Made by a program: the position numbers and the translations under genes. A DNA stretch of 64,000 nt from Nemertoderma westbladi (Eukaryota > Animalia > Xenacoelomorpha): NCBI GenBank assembly GCA_032718475.1, contig JAUCBJ010003953.1, positions 1 to 64,000 of the forward strand, read 5' to 3'. How positions within the stretch are numbered: the stretch's first letter is position 1; the number at the start of each line of letters is the position of its first letter. The notes below the pieces were generated by a model. That model made no database searches, had not been told where the DNA came from, and saw nothing but the letters and a program-made list of their open reading frames with translations. Shown piece by piece: positions 1 through 13,402 of this stretch.

Positions 1-442
1 TATAATCCAAATTTAACTATAAACAATAAATAATTTAACTGACTGTATTTTATTAGTAGACAAGATAAGGCCTACACGTTCGTGGGGCGTCGCGCAAATG
101 ATAACTTTGGCAAAAATTGGCAAAAAAATCAATTTGATCTTGAGTCAAAAGTTCGAGAGGTATTTGCCCGTAACTTCGAAAATATTGGAACTAGTATGCC
201 CATACAAAATTTAGTTGAAAATGGTTATAATCTACGATAGTTATTTTACGAATTAACAATTTGTTTTTTTTCTTGATGCGATCCATTCTTTTCAATAAAT
301 ATATACCCAACATTCTAGAACGTGTTATTTATCTCCAGAGTACAGGTGAGTACAGGCAAATACAGTAGGTAACAAAGGCATGTCTATACAATATCTCAAT
401 TGCATATGCTATCAAGGACTACTCTACTACAGGACTTATAGA

Positions 443-3400
443 GCTAAAACTAAGCCCCCGCTGCGGGGTCCATTCAGTTCTCATACTAGACCGAGTTTAT
501 GCAAAACAAAATAATCCATCATAAGGTTTTCGGGGTCAATCAAACAGTACAAATACAGCTCCGTATAAATGTCATTGTATTGTAATTTCAGTTGTCAACT
601 TTCATTGTATTTCCAGCTTAAAACCTTGCAATACACTTAAATAATTATTATTAAAATAGTAGCTGGAAGTCTACTGCAGTCAGTTATATTGGATGGTTTT
701 ATAGTAGCTGGCAGTCAGTCTACTGCAGTCAGTTATAGTGGATGGTTTTATAGTAGCTGGCAGTCTACTGCAGTCAGTTATGGTGGATGGTTTTATAGTA
801 GCTGGCAGTCAACTGCAGTCAGTTACATTGGATGGTTTTATAGTACTGTAGCTGGCAGTCTACTACAATCAGTTACATTGGATGGTTTTATATAGTAGCT
901 GGCAGTCTACTGCAGTCAGTTATATTGGAGGGTTTTATAGTAGCTGGCAGTCAGTCTACTGCAGTCAGTTATAGTGGATGGTTTTATAGTTGCTGGCAGT
1001 CTACTGCAGTCAGTTATATTGGAGGGTTTTACAGTAGCTGGCAGTCTACTGCAGTCAGTTATATTGAATGGTTTTATAGTAGCTGGCAGTCTACTGCAGT
1101 CATTTATAGTGGATGGTTTTATACAGTAGTAGCTGGCAGTCTACTGCAGTCATTTATAGTGGATGGTTTTATAGTAGCTGGCGGTCTACTGCAGTCATTT
1201 ATAGTGGATGATTTTATAGTAGCTGGCAGTCTACTGCAGTCAGTTACATTGGATGGTTTTATAGTAGCTGGCAGTCTACTGCAGTCATTTATAGTGGATG
1301 GTTTTATAGTAGCTGGCAGTCTACTGCAGTCAGTTATATTGGATGGTTATATAGTAGCTGGCAGTCTACTGCAGTCCGTTATATTGGATGGTTTTATAGT
1401 AGCTGGCAGTCTACTGCAGTCAGTTATATTGGATGGTTATATAGTAGCTGGCAGTCTACTGCAGTCCGTTATATTGGATGGTTTTATAGTAGCTGGCAGT
1501 CTACTGCAGTCAGTTACATTGGATGGTTTTATAGTAGCTGGCAGTCTACTACAGTCATTTATAGTGGATGGTTTTATGCAGTAGTAGCTGGCAGTCTACT
1601 GCAGTCAGTTATAGTGGATGGTTTTATACAGTAGTAGCTGGCAGTCTACTGCAGTCATTTATAGTGGATGGTTTTATAGTAGCTGGCGGTCTACTGCAGT
1701 CATTTATAGTGGATGGTTTTATAGTAGCTGGCAGTCTACTGCAGTCAGTTACATTGGATGGTTTTATAGTAGCTGGCAGTCTACTGCAGTCATTTATAGT
1801 GGATGGTTTTATAGTAGCTGGCAGTCTACTGCAGTCAGTTATATTGGATGGTTATATAGTAGCTGGCAGTCTACTGCAGTCCGTTATATTGTATGGTTTT
1901 ATAGTAGCTGGCAGTCTACTGCAGTCAGTTACATTGGATGGTTTTATAGTAGCTGGCAGTCTACTACAGTCATTTATAGTGGATGGTTTTATGCAGTAGT
2001 AGCTGGCAGTCTACTGCAGTCAGTTATAGTGGATGGTTTTATACAGTAGTAGCTGGCAGTCTACTGCAGTCCGTTATATTGGATGGTTTTATAGTAGCTG
2101 GCAGTCTACTGCAGTCAGTTACATTGGATGGTTTTATAGTAGCTGGCAGTCTACTACAGTCATTTATAGCGGATGGTTTTATGCAGTAGTAGCTGGCAGT
2201 CTACTGCAGTCATTTATAGTGGATGGTTTTATAGTAGCTGGCAGTCTACTGCAGTCATTTATAGTGGATGGTTTTATAGTAGCTGGCGGTCTACTGCAGT
2301 CATTTATAGTGGATGGTTTTATAGTAGCTGGCAGTCTACTGCAGTCAGTTACATTGGATGGTTTTATAGTAGCTGGCAGTCTACTGCAGTCATTTATAGT
2401 GGATGGTTTTATAGTAGCTGGCAGTCTACTGCAGTCACTTATATTGGATGGTTTTATAGTAGCTGGCAGTCTACTGCAGTCAGTTATATTGGATGGTTAT
2501 ATAGTAGCTGGCAGTCTACTGCAGTCCGTTATATTGGATGGTTTTATAGTAGCTGGCAGTCTACTACAGTCATTTATAGTGGATGGTTTTATAGTAGCTG
2601 GCAGTCTACTGCAGTCAGTTATATTGGATGGTTATACAGTAGCTGGCAGTCTACTATAGTCAGTTATATTGGATGGTTTTATAGTAGCTGGCAGTCTACT
2701 GCAGTCAGTTACATTGGATGGTTTTATAGTAGCTGGCAGTCTACTGCAGTCAGTTATATTGGATGGTTTTATAGTAGCTGGGGCAGTCTACTGCAGTCAG
2801 TTATATTGGATGGTTTTATTAGCTGGCAGTCTACTGCAGTCAGTTATATTGGATGGTTTTATAGTAGCTGGCAGTCTACTGCAGTCAGTTATATTGGATG
2901 GTTTTATAGTAGCTGGCAGTCTACTGCAGTCATTTATAGTGGATGGTTTTATGCAGTAGTAGCTGGCAGTCTACTGCAGTCAGTTACATTGGATGGTTTT
3001 ATAGTAGCTGGCAGTCTACTCCAGTCATTTATAGTGGATGGTTTTATGCAGTAGTAGCTGGCAGTCTACTGCAGTCAGTTATAGTGGATGGTTTTATACA
3101 GTAGTAGCTGGCAGTATACTGCAGTCAGTTATATTGGATGGTTTTATAGTAGCTGGCAGTCTACTGCAGTCAGTTATATTGGATGGTTTTATAGTAGCTG
3201 GCAGTCTACAGCAGTCAGTTATAGTGGATGGTTTTATACAGTAGTAGCTGGCAATCTACTGCAGTCAGTTACATTGGATGGTTTTATAGTAGCTGGCAGT
3301 CTACTGCAGTCAGTTATATTGGATGGTTTTATAGTAGCTGGCTCTACTGCAGTCAGTTACATTGGATGGTTTTATAGTAGCTGGCAGTCTACTGCAGTCA

Positions 3401-3729
3401 GTTTTAGTGGATCGTTTTATAGTAGCTGGCAGTCTACTGCAGTCAGTTATATTGGATGGTTTCATAGTAGCTGGCAGTCTACTGCATTCAGTTATATTGG
3501 ATGGTGTTCCCTCATTTCTAGCCACATATTACATGGGGCTTCAATAAATAACATAAAAATTTACCCCGCAGCCATGGTAACAAAACTAAGTGATCTGACC
3601 ATGAAAATATCAGAAATGGCTTTCTCTACCCCGAAAACCTTATAAATAAATGGATTATTTTATTTTGCCATTTAAAGTCGGTTTAGTATGAGAACTGAAT
3701 GGACCCCGCAGCGGGGGCTTACTTTTAGC
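443..3729. mobile_element. Non-autonomous inverted-repeat element (about 90-100 bp imperfect TIRs) carrying the 45-bp satellite array
   Basis: 451-494 TAAGCCCCCGCTGCGGGGTCCATTCAGTTCTCATACTAGACCGA is the reverse complement of 3678-3721 with 1 mismatch. Imperfect inverted homology covers 443-536 vs 3628-3729. No TSD recognised. Confidence 0.75.
657..3505. repeat. Minisatellite, 45-bp unit GTAGCTGGCAGTCTACTGCAGTCAGTTATATTGGATGGTTTTATA, about 60 copies, with 49-50 bp variants
   Basis: Direct tandem periodicity; the ORF track shows the matching 15-aa repeat DGFIVAGSLLQSVIL. Confidence 0.97.
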
Positions 3730-5102
3730 GCAAAATGCTCCAGAACATTGTGTATGTATTACTGTAATTAGATTAAATGGCTTCCAGCGAATGATACTTC
3801 TTGCAATCTTTGATCACTGGTATCTTTGCAACGCGAGCTTTCTAATGATATAAAAACCACAAGCAATCACATCATGACTGATGTGAAGAATGGCACTAAT
3901 GGCAGCAATCGTATTGTTCGTGTCATTAGAAAAAAAACACTATATTACGGGGTATGGTGTAATAATTTAATTAATTGTATACAAAGTGAAAAAATATATC
4001 CCTGTCAGGTTAAATAGGTAAAATACGTCAAACATGGATGCAACTACAACTTGTCGTCTGGGACGCAAAACCAGTCTGCTTCGAACTAGACTTCGATTAG
4101 ACTTTTTAAATGTATCAATGAATTTGAATCGCATTTTTCTCAATATTGATATTTTCACGACAAACAAACACCCCATTATCTCAGGAAGTTGTGAACCGTG
4201 TTGGCTAAAATTTGGCTCAAATGTTCCCCCGCCCCAGCCCTGCTATGAAAGTGGAACTAGGATCTAACAATTATAATTATATTTAGCTAAATAAATGTAA
4301 TAAAACTAATGCTAAATAGCGAGTTTAATTAATTAGTTAATATTATTTAATATAAATATTTAAAATTTTGTCGAAATTTTTCTATTCTAGTTTGAGTTTT
4401 GTCAGACACTTTTCTACGTATTCTGTGAAAAAGTTGATCAATTTCATTGAATAGTTCAAAAGATAATGAATGGGTCATATGTTTCAAAGGAAAACATTAA
4501 GGAATTCGTTCGTGTCCCTACCCCCTTAAACGACATTATTTTAGTAGACATTATCAATTATAATATTATTATCATATATTATAATTATTATCAATCAATT
4601 AATTATATTCGGTAGTTATTGTTATGTACTGTAATACAGTAAGACAACTTGTTTTGTACATTTTGTATCTAATTAATTGCTTGTTTTGTACATTTTGTAA
4701 TGGCGCAAACATTTGTCTCATACAGTAAATCTGTTATTTGTATGTGGCGCTTACAAATGTTTATATCGTTTAAACCCCACATTGAGGAAAATAAAACGTA
4801 GTAATTATTTTGTTTTATTTAGGATATTTAAAAAAATTATACCGGTGCAACCTCTTATTGTGTTTAAGAGATATGACTAAACTATATAATGGGGTGTATC
4901 TGTATATATATATGTGTGTGAATACAGGTTTGTATAGGTTTGTGATGCGCTGTTTTGTGATTAATATTGTAAATGATTTGTCAATAATAAATATATATAT
5001 ATATATATACTGTAGTGGTGTTGCATTGACTTGAGTGACCACAAATGTTTTGTCACAATATTTTAGTCCGAGTAGGCCTTAACATAAATTTGTAGTTTTT
5101 GA

Positions 5103-8100
5103 TGAATTGGTGGAATGTTTCGTACTGTCAGAATGGTGGAATGTTTCGTATTGTCTGAATGGTGGAATGTTTCGTATTGTCAGAATGGTGGAATGTTTCG
5201 TATTGTCTGAATGGTGAAAGTTTCGTATTGTTTGCATGGTGGAATGTTTCGTATTGTCTGAATGGTGAAAGTTTCGTATTGTTTGCATGGTGGAATGTTT
5301 CGTATTGTCTGAATGGTGGAATGTTTCGTATTGTCTGAATGGTGGAATGTTTCGTATTGTCAGAATGGTGGAATGTTTCGTATTGTCAGAATGGTGGAAT
5401 GTTTCGTATTGTCTGAATGGTGGAATGTTTCGTATTGTCAGAATGGTGGAATGTTTCGTATTGTCTGAATGGTGGAATGTTTCGTATTGTCAGAATGGTG
5501 GAATGTTTCGTATTGTCTGAATGGTGAAAGTTTCGTATTGTTTGCATGGTGGAATGTTTCGTATTGTCTGAATGGTGGAATGTTTCGTATTGTCTGAATG
5601 GTGGAATGTTTCGTATTGTCAGAATGGTGGAATGTTTCGCATTGTCTGAATGGTGGAATGTTTCGTATTGTCTGAATGATGGAATGTTTCGTATTGTCTG
5701 AATGGTGGAATGTTCCGTATTTTCTGAATGGTGGAATATTTCGTATTGTCAGAATGGTGGAATGTTTCGTATTGTCTGAATGGTGGAATGTTTCGTATTG
5801 TCTGAATGGTGGAATGTTTCGTATTGTCTGAATGGTGGAATGTTTCGCATTGTCTGAATGGTGGAATGTTTCGTATTGTCTGAATGATGGAATGTTTCGT
5901 ATTGTCTGAATGGTGGAATGTTTTGTATTGTCTGAATGGTGGAATGTTTCGTATTGTCTGAATGGTGGAATGTTTCGTATTGTCAGAATGGTGGAATGTT
6001 TCGTATTGTCTGAATGATGGAATGTTTCGTATTGTCAGAATGGTGGAATGTTTCGTATTGTCAGAATGGTGGAATGTTTCGTATTGTCAGAATGGTGGAA
6101 TGTTTCGTATTGTCTGAATGATGAAATGTTTCGTATTGTCAGAATGGTGGAATGTTTCGTATTGTCAGAATGGTGGAATGTTTCGTATTGTCAGAATGGT
6201 GGAATGTTTCGTATTGTCAGAATGGTGGAATGTTTCGTATTGTCTGAATGATGGAATGTTTCGTATTGTCAGAATGATGGAATGTTTCGTATTGTCAGAA
6301 TGGTGGAATGTTTCGTATTGTCAGAATGGTGGAATGTTTCGTATTGTCAGAATGGTGGAATGTTTCGTATTGTCAGAATGGTGGAATGTTTCGTATTGTC
6401 AGAATGGTGGAATGTTTCGTATTGTCAGAATGGTGGAATGTTTCGTATTGTCAGAATGGTGGAATGTTTCGTATTGTCAGAATGGTGGAATGTTTCGTAT
6501 TGTCAGAATGGTGGAATGTTTCGTATTGTCAGAATGGTGGAATGTTTCGTATTGTCTGAATGATGGAATGTTTCGTATAGTCTGAATGGTGGAATGTTTC
6601 GTATTGTCTGAATGATGGAATGTTTCGTATTGTCAGAATGGTGGAATGTTTCGTATTGTCAGAATGGTGGAATGTTTCGCATTGTCTGAATGGTGGAATG
6701 TTTCGTATTGTCTGAATGATGGAATGTTTCGTATTGTCAGAATGGTGGAATGTTTCGTATTGTCAGAATGGTGGAATGTTTCGTATTGTCAGAATGGTGG
6801 AATGTTTCGTATTGTCTGAATGATGGAATGTTTCGTATAGTCTGAATGGTGGAATGTTTCGTATTGTCTGAATGGTGGAATGTTTCGTATTGTCTGAATG
6901 ATGGAATGTTTCGTATTGTCTGAATGATGGAATGTTTCGTATTGTCTGAATGGTGGAATGTTTCGTATTGTCTGAATGGTGGAAGGTTTTGTATTGTCTG
7001 AATGGTGGAATGTTTCGTATTGTCTGAATGGTGGAATGTTTCGTATTGTCTGAATGATGGAATGTTTCGTATTGTCAGAATGGTGGAATGTTTCGTATTG
7101 TCAGAATGGTGGAATGTTTCGTATTGTCTGAATGATGGAATGTTTCGTATTGTCAGAATGGTGGAATGTTTCGTATTGTCAGAATGGTGGAATGTTTCGT
7201 ATTGTCTGAATGATGGAATGTTTCGTATTGTCTGCATGGTGGAATGTTTCGTATTGTCTGAATGATGGAATGTTTCGTATTGTCAGAATGGTGGAATGTT
7301 TCGTATTGTCTGAATGGTGGAATGTTTCGTATAGTCTGAATGGTGGAATGTTTCGTATTGTCTGAATGGTGGAATGTTTCGCATTGTCTGAATGGTGGAA
7401 TGTTTCGTATTGTCTGAATGATGGAATGTTTCGTATTGTCAGAATGGTGGAATGTTTCGTATTGTCAGAATGGTGGAATGTTTTGTATTGTCTGAATGGT
7501 GGAATGTTTCGTATTGTCTGCATGGTGGAATGTTTCGTATTGTCTGCATGGTGGAATGTTTCGTATTGTCTGCATGGTGGAATGTTTCGTATTGTCTGAA
7601 TGGTGGAATGTTTCGTATTGTCTGAATGGTGGAATGTTTCGCATTGTCTGAATGGTGGAATGTTTCGTATTGTCTGAATGATGGAATGTTTCGTATTGTC
7701 AGAATGGTGGAATGTTTCGTATTGTCAGAATGGTGGAATGTTTCGTATTGTCTGAATGGTAGAATGTTTTGTATTGTCTGAATGGTGGAATGTTTCGTAT
7801 TGTCTGCATGGTGGAATGTTTCGTATTGTCTGCATGGTGGAATGTTTCGTATTGTCTGCATGGTGGAATGTTTCGTATTGTCTGAATGGTGGAATGTTTC
7901 GTATTGTCTGAATGATGGAATGTTTCGTATTGTCTGGATGGTGGAATGTTTTGTATTGTGTGAATGGTGGAATGTTTCGTATTGTTTGAATGGTGGAATG
8001 TTTCGTATTGTCTGAATGATGGAATGTTTCGTATTTTCTGAATGGTGGAATATTTCGTATTGTCTGAATGATGGAATGTTTCGTATTGTCTGAATGGTGG

Positions 8101-9975
8101 AATGTTTCGTATTGTCTGAATGGTGGAATGTTTCGTATTGTCTGAATGGTGGAATGTTTCGTATTGTCTGAATGGTGGAATGTTTCGTATTGTCTGAATG
8201 ATGGAATGTTTCGTATTTTCTGAATGGTGGAATATTTCGTATTGTCTGAATGATGGAATGTTTCGTATTGTCTGAATGGTGGAATGTTTCGTATTGTCTG
8301 AATGGTGGAATGTTTCGTATTGTCTGAATGGTGGAATGTTTCGTATTGTCTGAATGGTGGAATGTTTCGTATTGTCTGAATGGTGGAATGTTTCGTATTG
8401 TCTGAATGGTGGAATGTTTCGTATTGTCTGAATGGTGGAATGTTTCGTATTGTCTGGATGGTGGAATGTTTCGTATTGTCTGAATGGTGGAATGTTTCGT
8501 ATTGTCTGAATGATGGAATGTTTCGTATTTTCTGGATGGTGGAATGTTTTGTATTGTCTGAATGGTGGAATGTTTCGTATTTTCAGAATGGTGGAATGTT
8601 TCGTATTGTCTGCATGGTGGAATGTTTCGTATTGTCTGAATGATGGAATGTTTCGTATTGTCTGAATGGTGGAATGTTTCGTATTGTCTGAATGATGGAA
8701 TGTTTCGTATTGTCTGAATGGTGGAATGTTTCGTATTGTCTGAATGGTGGAATGTTTCGTATTGTCTGAATGATGGAATGTTTCGTATTTTCTGAATGGT
8801 GGAATATTTCGTATTGTCTGGATGGTGAAATGTTTCGTATTGTCTGAATGGTGGAATGTTTCGTATTTTCTGAATGGTGGAATGTTTCGTATTGTCTGCA
8901 TGGTGGAATGTTTCGTATTGTCTGAATGGTGGAATGTTTCGTATTGTGTGAATGGTGGAATATTCCGTATTGTCTGGATGGTGGAATGTTTCGTATTGTC
9001 TGAATGGTGGAATGTTTCGTATTGTCTGAATGGTGGAATGTTTCGTATTGTCTGCATGGTGGAATGTTTCGTATTGTCTGGATGGTGGAATGTTTCGTAT
9101 TGTCTGAATGGTGGAATGTTTCGTATTGTCTGCATGGTAGAATGTTTCGTATTGTCTGAATGGTGGAATGTTTCGTATTGTCTGAATGGTGGAATGTTTC
9201 GTATTGTCTGAATGGTGGAATGTTTCGTATTGTCTGCATGGTGGAATGTTTCGTATTGTCTGCATGGTGGAATGTTTCGTATTGTCTGAATGGTGGAATG
9301 TTTCGTATTGTCTGCATGGTGGAATGTTTCGTATTGTCTGGATGGTGGAATGTTTCGTATTGTCTGAATGGTGGAATGTTTCGTATTGTCTGAATGGTGG
9401 AATGTTTCGTATTGTCTGAATGGTGGAATGTTTCGTATTGTCTGCATGGTGGAATGTTTCGTATTGTCTGGATGGTGGAATGTTTCGTATTGTCTGAATG
9501 GTGGAATGTTTCGTATTGTCTGCATGGTGGAATGTTTCGTATTGTCTGGATGGTGGAATGTTTCGTATTGTCTGAATGATGGAATGTTTTGTATTTTCTG
9601 AAGGGTGGAATATTTCGTATTGTCTGAATGGTGGAATGTTTCGTATTGTCAGAATGGTGGAATGTTTCGTATTGTCTGAATGGTGGAATGTTTCGTATTG
9701 TCTGAATGGTGGAATGTTTCGTATTGTCTGAATGGTGGAATGTTTCGTATTTTCTGAATGGTGGAATATTTCGTATTGTCTGGATGGTGGAATGTTTCGT
9801 ATTGTCTGAATGGTGGAATATTTCGTATTGTCTGGATGGTGGAATGTTTCGTATTGTCTGAATGGTGGAATGTTTCGTATTGTCTGAATGGTGGAATGTT
9901 TCGTATTGTCTGCATGGTGGAATGTTTCGTATTGTTTGCATGGTGGAATGTTTCGTATTGTCTGAATGATGGAAC
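5103..9975. repeat. Minisatellite, 26-bp unit GAATGGTGGAATGTTTCGTATTGTCT, about 185 copies
   Basis: Direct tandem periodicity with point variants (CAGAATG, CTGCATG, CTGGATG, GATGG). Confidence 0.98.
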
Positions 9976-10631
9976 GGTGGAATTTTATTCGATTATAGTG
10001 AGCTCTATTCTTTAATATTTTCGAGAAATTGCTGATACGTTGTCAACTACAACTAATTATGAGGAAATTGTTTTCAGTTTAAATTAAATGATTACGTAAC
10101 GTAACATAATAGCAATAATAACTATTTCTTCTCTTATCTCTTTGTCCAACCTTTTAATCCGCAGTTAGTAGGAAAACGCATATTTTTTCGAGGCCGGATG
10201 CCGAGAAAAAGTTATTTTATTCTCAAATCGTTACATTCACGCTAAATACAATATAACCCAAAATCGGGAGAAAATGGAACATTTTTTCTCTAGGGAAAAA
10301 AAACAAAAAAGTAACCCATAGGATTGCATAGATTTTACATTTTCCCTTTAAAAAAAAGTAAAATATTATTATTTATTACTTCGGAAAAAAGTTTTTTCTC
10401 TATTAGTGAGGTTAATAAATGGTGTAGAGAATATTGATGTTCTAATTTTTCCCCATATAATAGGCCTACCTTATTTAATTCTTAAACTTTTACTTTTTTG
10501 TTGCGCAATTGTTAACATATGTGTTAACATAATATGTGTATACATATATAGTGTTAACACATTGCTCCCATAGATACAGCGATTCCAATTATTATTTTCT
10601 TCAAATCCTGAAGTACTTAATATGGGGATAT

Positions 10632-11135
10632 GTAGACGTGGAATTTGTGAAAATACCTAAAATGGTGACAACACTCAGTCACAGTAAAAAAAAGGTAGAC
10701 CACTGTCAAAAATGGCCACAAACAGTGTGAACAACAGTAGATCGTAGTACTAAAAGTAATTCTGCCAAGTTTCAGCTCCGCAAATCGCCGCCAAGTCGTA
10801 GGAAAACAGTCAAACGTCTGGGGACGTTTGACTGTTTTCCGGAAATCTCCTTACAACACTCAAATCATGAATTCAGTATACTGCAATACTGTTAAACAGT
10901 TAGGCCTACTATGTTGTATGTAGTTTATGACCCCAGATGTTTGACTGTTTTCCGGAAATATCCGGACAACACTCAAATCATAAATTCAGTATTCTACAAT
11001 ACTGTTCAACATCAACAGTTACAGTAGGCTTACTATGTATGGTGTATGTAGTTAATGTCCCCAGACCGCCAGACGTTTGATTGTTTTCCTGCGACTTGCC
11101 TGCAATGAGAAGCTGAAACTTGGCAGAATACTCGT
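10632..11135. mobile_element. Degenerate copy of the Mutator-like MITE family seen at 46247-47304
   Basis: 10638-10755 (GTGGAATTTGTGAAAATACCTAAAATGGTGACAAC...AAAATGGCCAC...GTAGATCG) resembles that element's TIR. Both share internal AAGTCGTAGGAAAACAGTCAAAC and AAATCATGAATTCAGTAT. Inner inverted repeat at 10760-10822 vs 11070-11131. Confidence 0.7.
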
Positions 11136-11269
11136 ACTCGACGATTGGCGACGACGATTGGGAAAGTACGGTACTCCTTTTTCCCCATGTATATTTGTGT
11201 GAAAAAGAAACAGTTTAAGAATTGATAATAATAAATGAATTGTTGTGGGGTGGAGTGACGGTAAATTAA

Positions 11270-12604
11270 ATATATATATATAATGCGGTAGAACAATATG
11301 ATTATGCTCTCCATAGCGAAAAATAGCAACCGACTCTATTGGGGCCCGTCGAACCCGGTACAGAGGTTTCAAACTTCCGGTTATCATGAGCCGGGTGCCG
11401 GGTGTGTGTCATAAGACAACTGAGCTACCAGAACGGATGAATAATTTGTTCGCTATGGAATGGGCTACCATTATTTGGCCTTTAACTGATCACTCAAAGG
11501 AAAGTACAGCGTTATTCCCGTGCTCTGCCAGTAATGACAACCATGCCTCAAAGAATATGTAACTATACAAGTGTTGTAGAAACCACTGTTGGGCAATTCC
11601 ATCGTTACGGACTCACACTCACATTCATACGCAATTTTCGAAATTAATTGGCATATTTAATTAATAACTTTACAATTTAAATAACATTCACCTATGTTGG
11701 CTGATGGATTAATTCGTGGGTTCTATCCCAACATGGGGGCTAGGATAGTTTTCGTTTCGGCAAGAATAATTTAAAGACCATAAAGAGACTTATTAGCCAG
11801 GGCGCATCTCGCTGTCTTCCGTAAATGGTACTGTAGCTAAATGAGTACTGGAGTTTCCTCTGGAGAATATATGTCTGGAGGGACCGCACTGGAAATAATT
11901 ATTGAGACTTTGTGCGTAATCCCTGGCCTAACGGACGATTTTTTTTGTATCACAATCCATCATTCGCTGACTCGTTTCATGAAATTTTTGCGAACTTCGA
12001 TGGTATCATACTATACCATCTTGGTCAGTAATTTCTGTCATCCGTGATATATGCCGTTTGGCCCTTTCGGCACCAGAAATGTGAGTATTAGACATAACAG
12101 ACAGGATTAAACGGGCGCAATGCATAATGTCGTACATTAGGATGATGTATGAATGAATACATTCGAATGTACTGTCAATGGACAATTGTTAGACTAAGAG
12201 AAGCTGAATACTTTCAGTTTGCATAGTGAATAATGTATACAATGCATAATGATTCTTACCTAACCTACCGTACCGCATGGTGAGTCCGTAACGAAAAATT
12301 TGTGAGTCCGTAACGCTGTTCTTATACGTTTTAGCTGCAATACAGAAAAAAGCAAAGCCCAGACTGTTCATTACTGGCAGAGCCAGTTCCTTTGAGTGAT
12401 CAGTTAAAGGCGAAATATGATAGCCCACTCAATATCGAACAAATTCTTCATCCGTCCTGGTAGCTCAGTTGACTTAGGACACACACGCGGATGATGATAA
12501 CCGAAAGTTTGAAACCTTAGATATCGGGTTCGAGCCCCACTAGGGGCGGTTTATATTATTCGCCATGGAGAGCATTCTCATATTGTTCTACCACATTATA
12601 TATA
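11270..12604. mobile_element. About 1.3-kb inverted-repeat structure with roughly 330-bp arms, each containing a tRNA-like Pol III (A/B box) segment
   Basis: 11270-11616 is a diverged reverse complement of 12279-12604 (e.g. CCTTTAACTGATCACTCAAAGGAA vs TTCCTTTGAGTGATCAGTTAAAGG). Right arm has A box TAGCTCAGTTG (12461) and B box GGTTCGAGCCC (12527); both are mirrored at 11341-11430. Confidence 0.65.
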
Positions 12605-13082
12605 AATTTAAGATTTGCAATTTTTTCGTTGGAATTTCTGTAAAGCGGCTTTTAGTAACGCAATGCGTCAAAACCGTACATTATAATAACAAACAATCAC
12701 TGAATTGTTTGGTTATCAAGATTAACCGAAATGAGTGCTATGGCAGAACTGATCGCTGCGCTCAACAAATAATATTAATCGGCTTTCATGTGACCTCGTG
12801 GGATTAATTGATGTGTCGCGCACTCACTGTCTGGTTGTCTGTTATTCGTAATAAATTATGGCAGTAATACTCCATTATTACAATCAATCAAAGTTCCATA
12901 TATTCCATTAGTCACTCCCACCTACGCAGAGGTTGAGAAAAAATTAGCAAACATTTATCTGAATATGGCGATGATCGGCGAACACCCGGTATAACCGCGA
13001 TAGTTTCACCTCCCAACCACTTAGTGGGTGAGTCGGAATTTTTATTTTTGTTTTCATTCTTTAACTACAAGCGTTTAGAAAG

Positions 13083-13190
13083 GATGGTATGCTTGAGCAT
13101 GTGGATGACTTCTGTTACCTGGGATCATGGATCTGGAATTCACGACCTGCTAATACGTAAGGGAAAGAAAGGCATGGGCAGCGAATGCGC
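13083..13190 (+). pseudogene. Fragment of a non-LTR retrotransposon (RTE-like) reverse transcriptase
   Basis: Translates DGMLEHVDDFCYLGSWI, then with frameshifts DLLIRKG / KAWAA. This matches the 'V..F.YLGS.I...D...R...AW' region at the end of RTE-type RT domains. Confidence 0.7.
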
Positions 13191-13402
13191 TACCCAGTGG
13201 GCAGCCCATGACTTTCTTGAGACGCATCTTAAAGGACACTGGCCTTGAAGATGCGGATGATCTATCAAATGTCATGGGTGAGAGGGAGTTGTGACAGCGC
13301 AATTTTGCCGACAAGCCGGCAAAGCATTCTTAATATATATGTAATATATTTATATATAATGCAGCTGCAATGTAGCATGCCGATCCTAGCAGTAGCAGTA
13401 GT

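Noticed and set aside
689-3645. Repetitive ORFs (DGFIVAGSLLQSV / SSWQSTAVSYIGWFY)
   Set aside because: The 45-bp unit is a multiple of 3 and is open in two frames; 4-5 bp indels switch frames freely, so there is no sign of coding constraint.
7439-9941. 608-aa and 452-aa minus-strand ORFs
   Set aside because: All three frames give the same 26-aa repeat because a 26-bp unit cycles through frames; this is a satellite artefact.
5103-9975. Resemblance to human GGAAT satellites II/III
   Set aside because: Only the short GAATG word is shared and the flanking genes are clearly not vertebrate, so this is coincidence.
12454-12548. Functional tRNA gene
   Set aside because: A and B boxes are present, but I could not fold a convincing anticodon arm and the two copies have diverged with indels.
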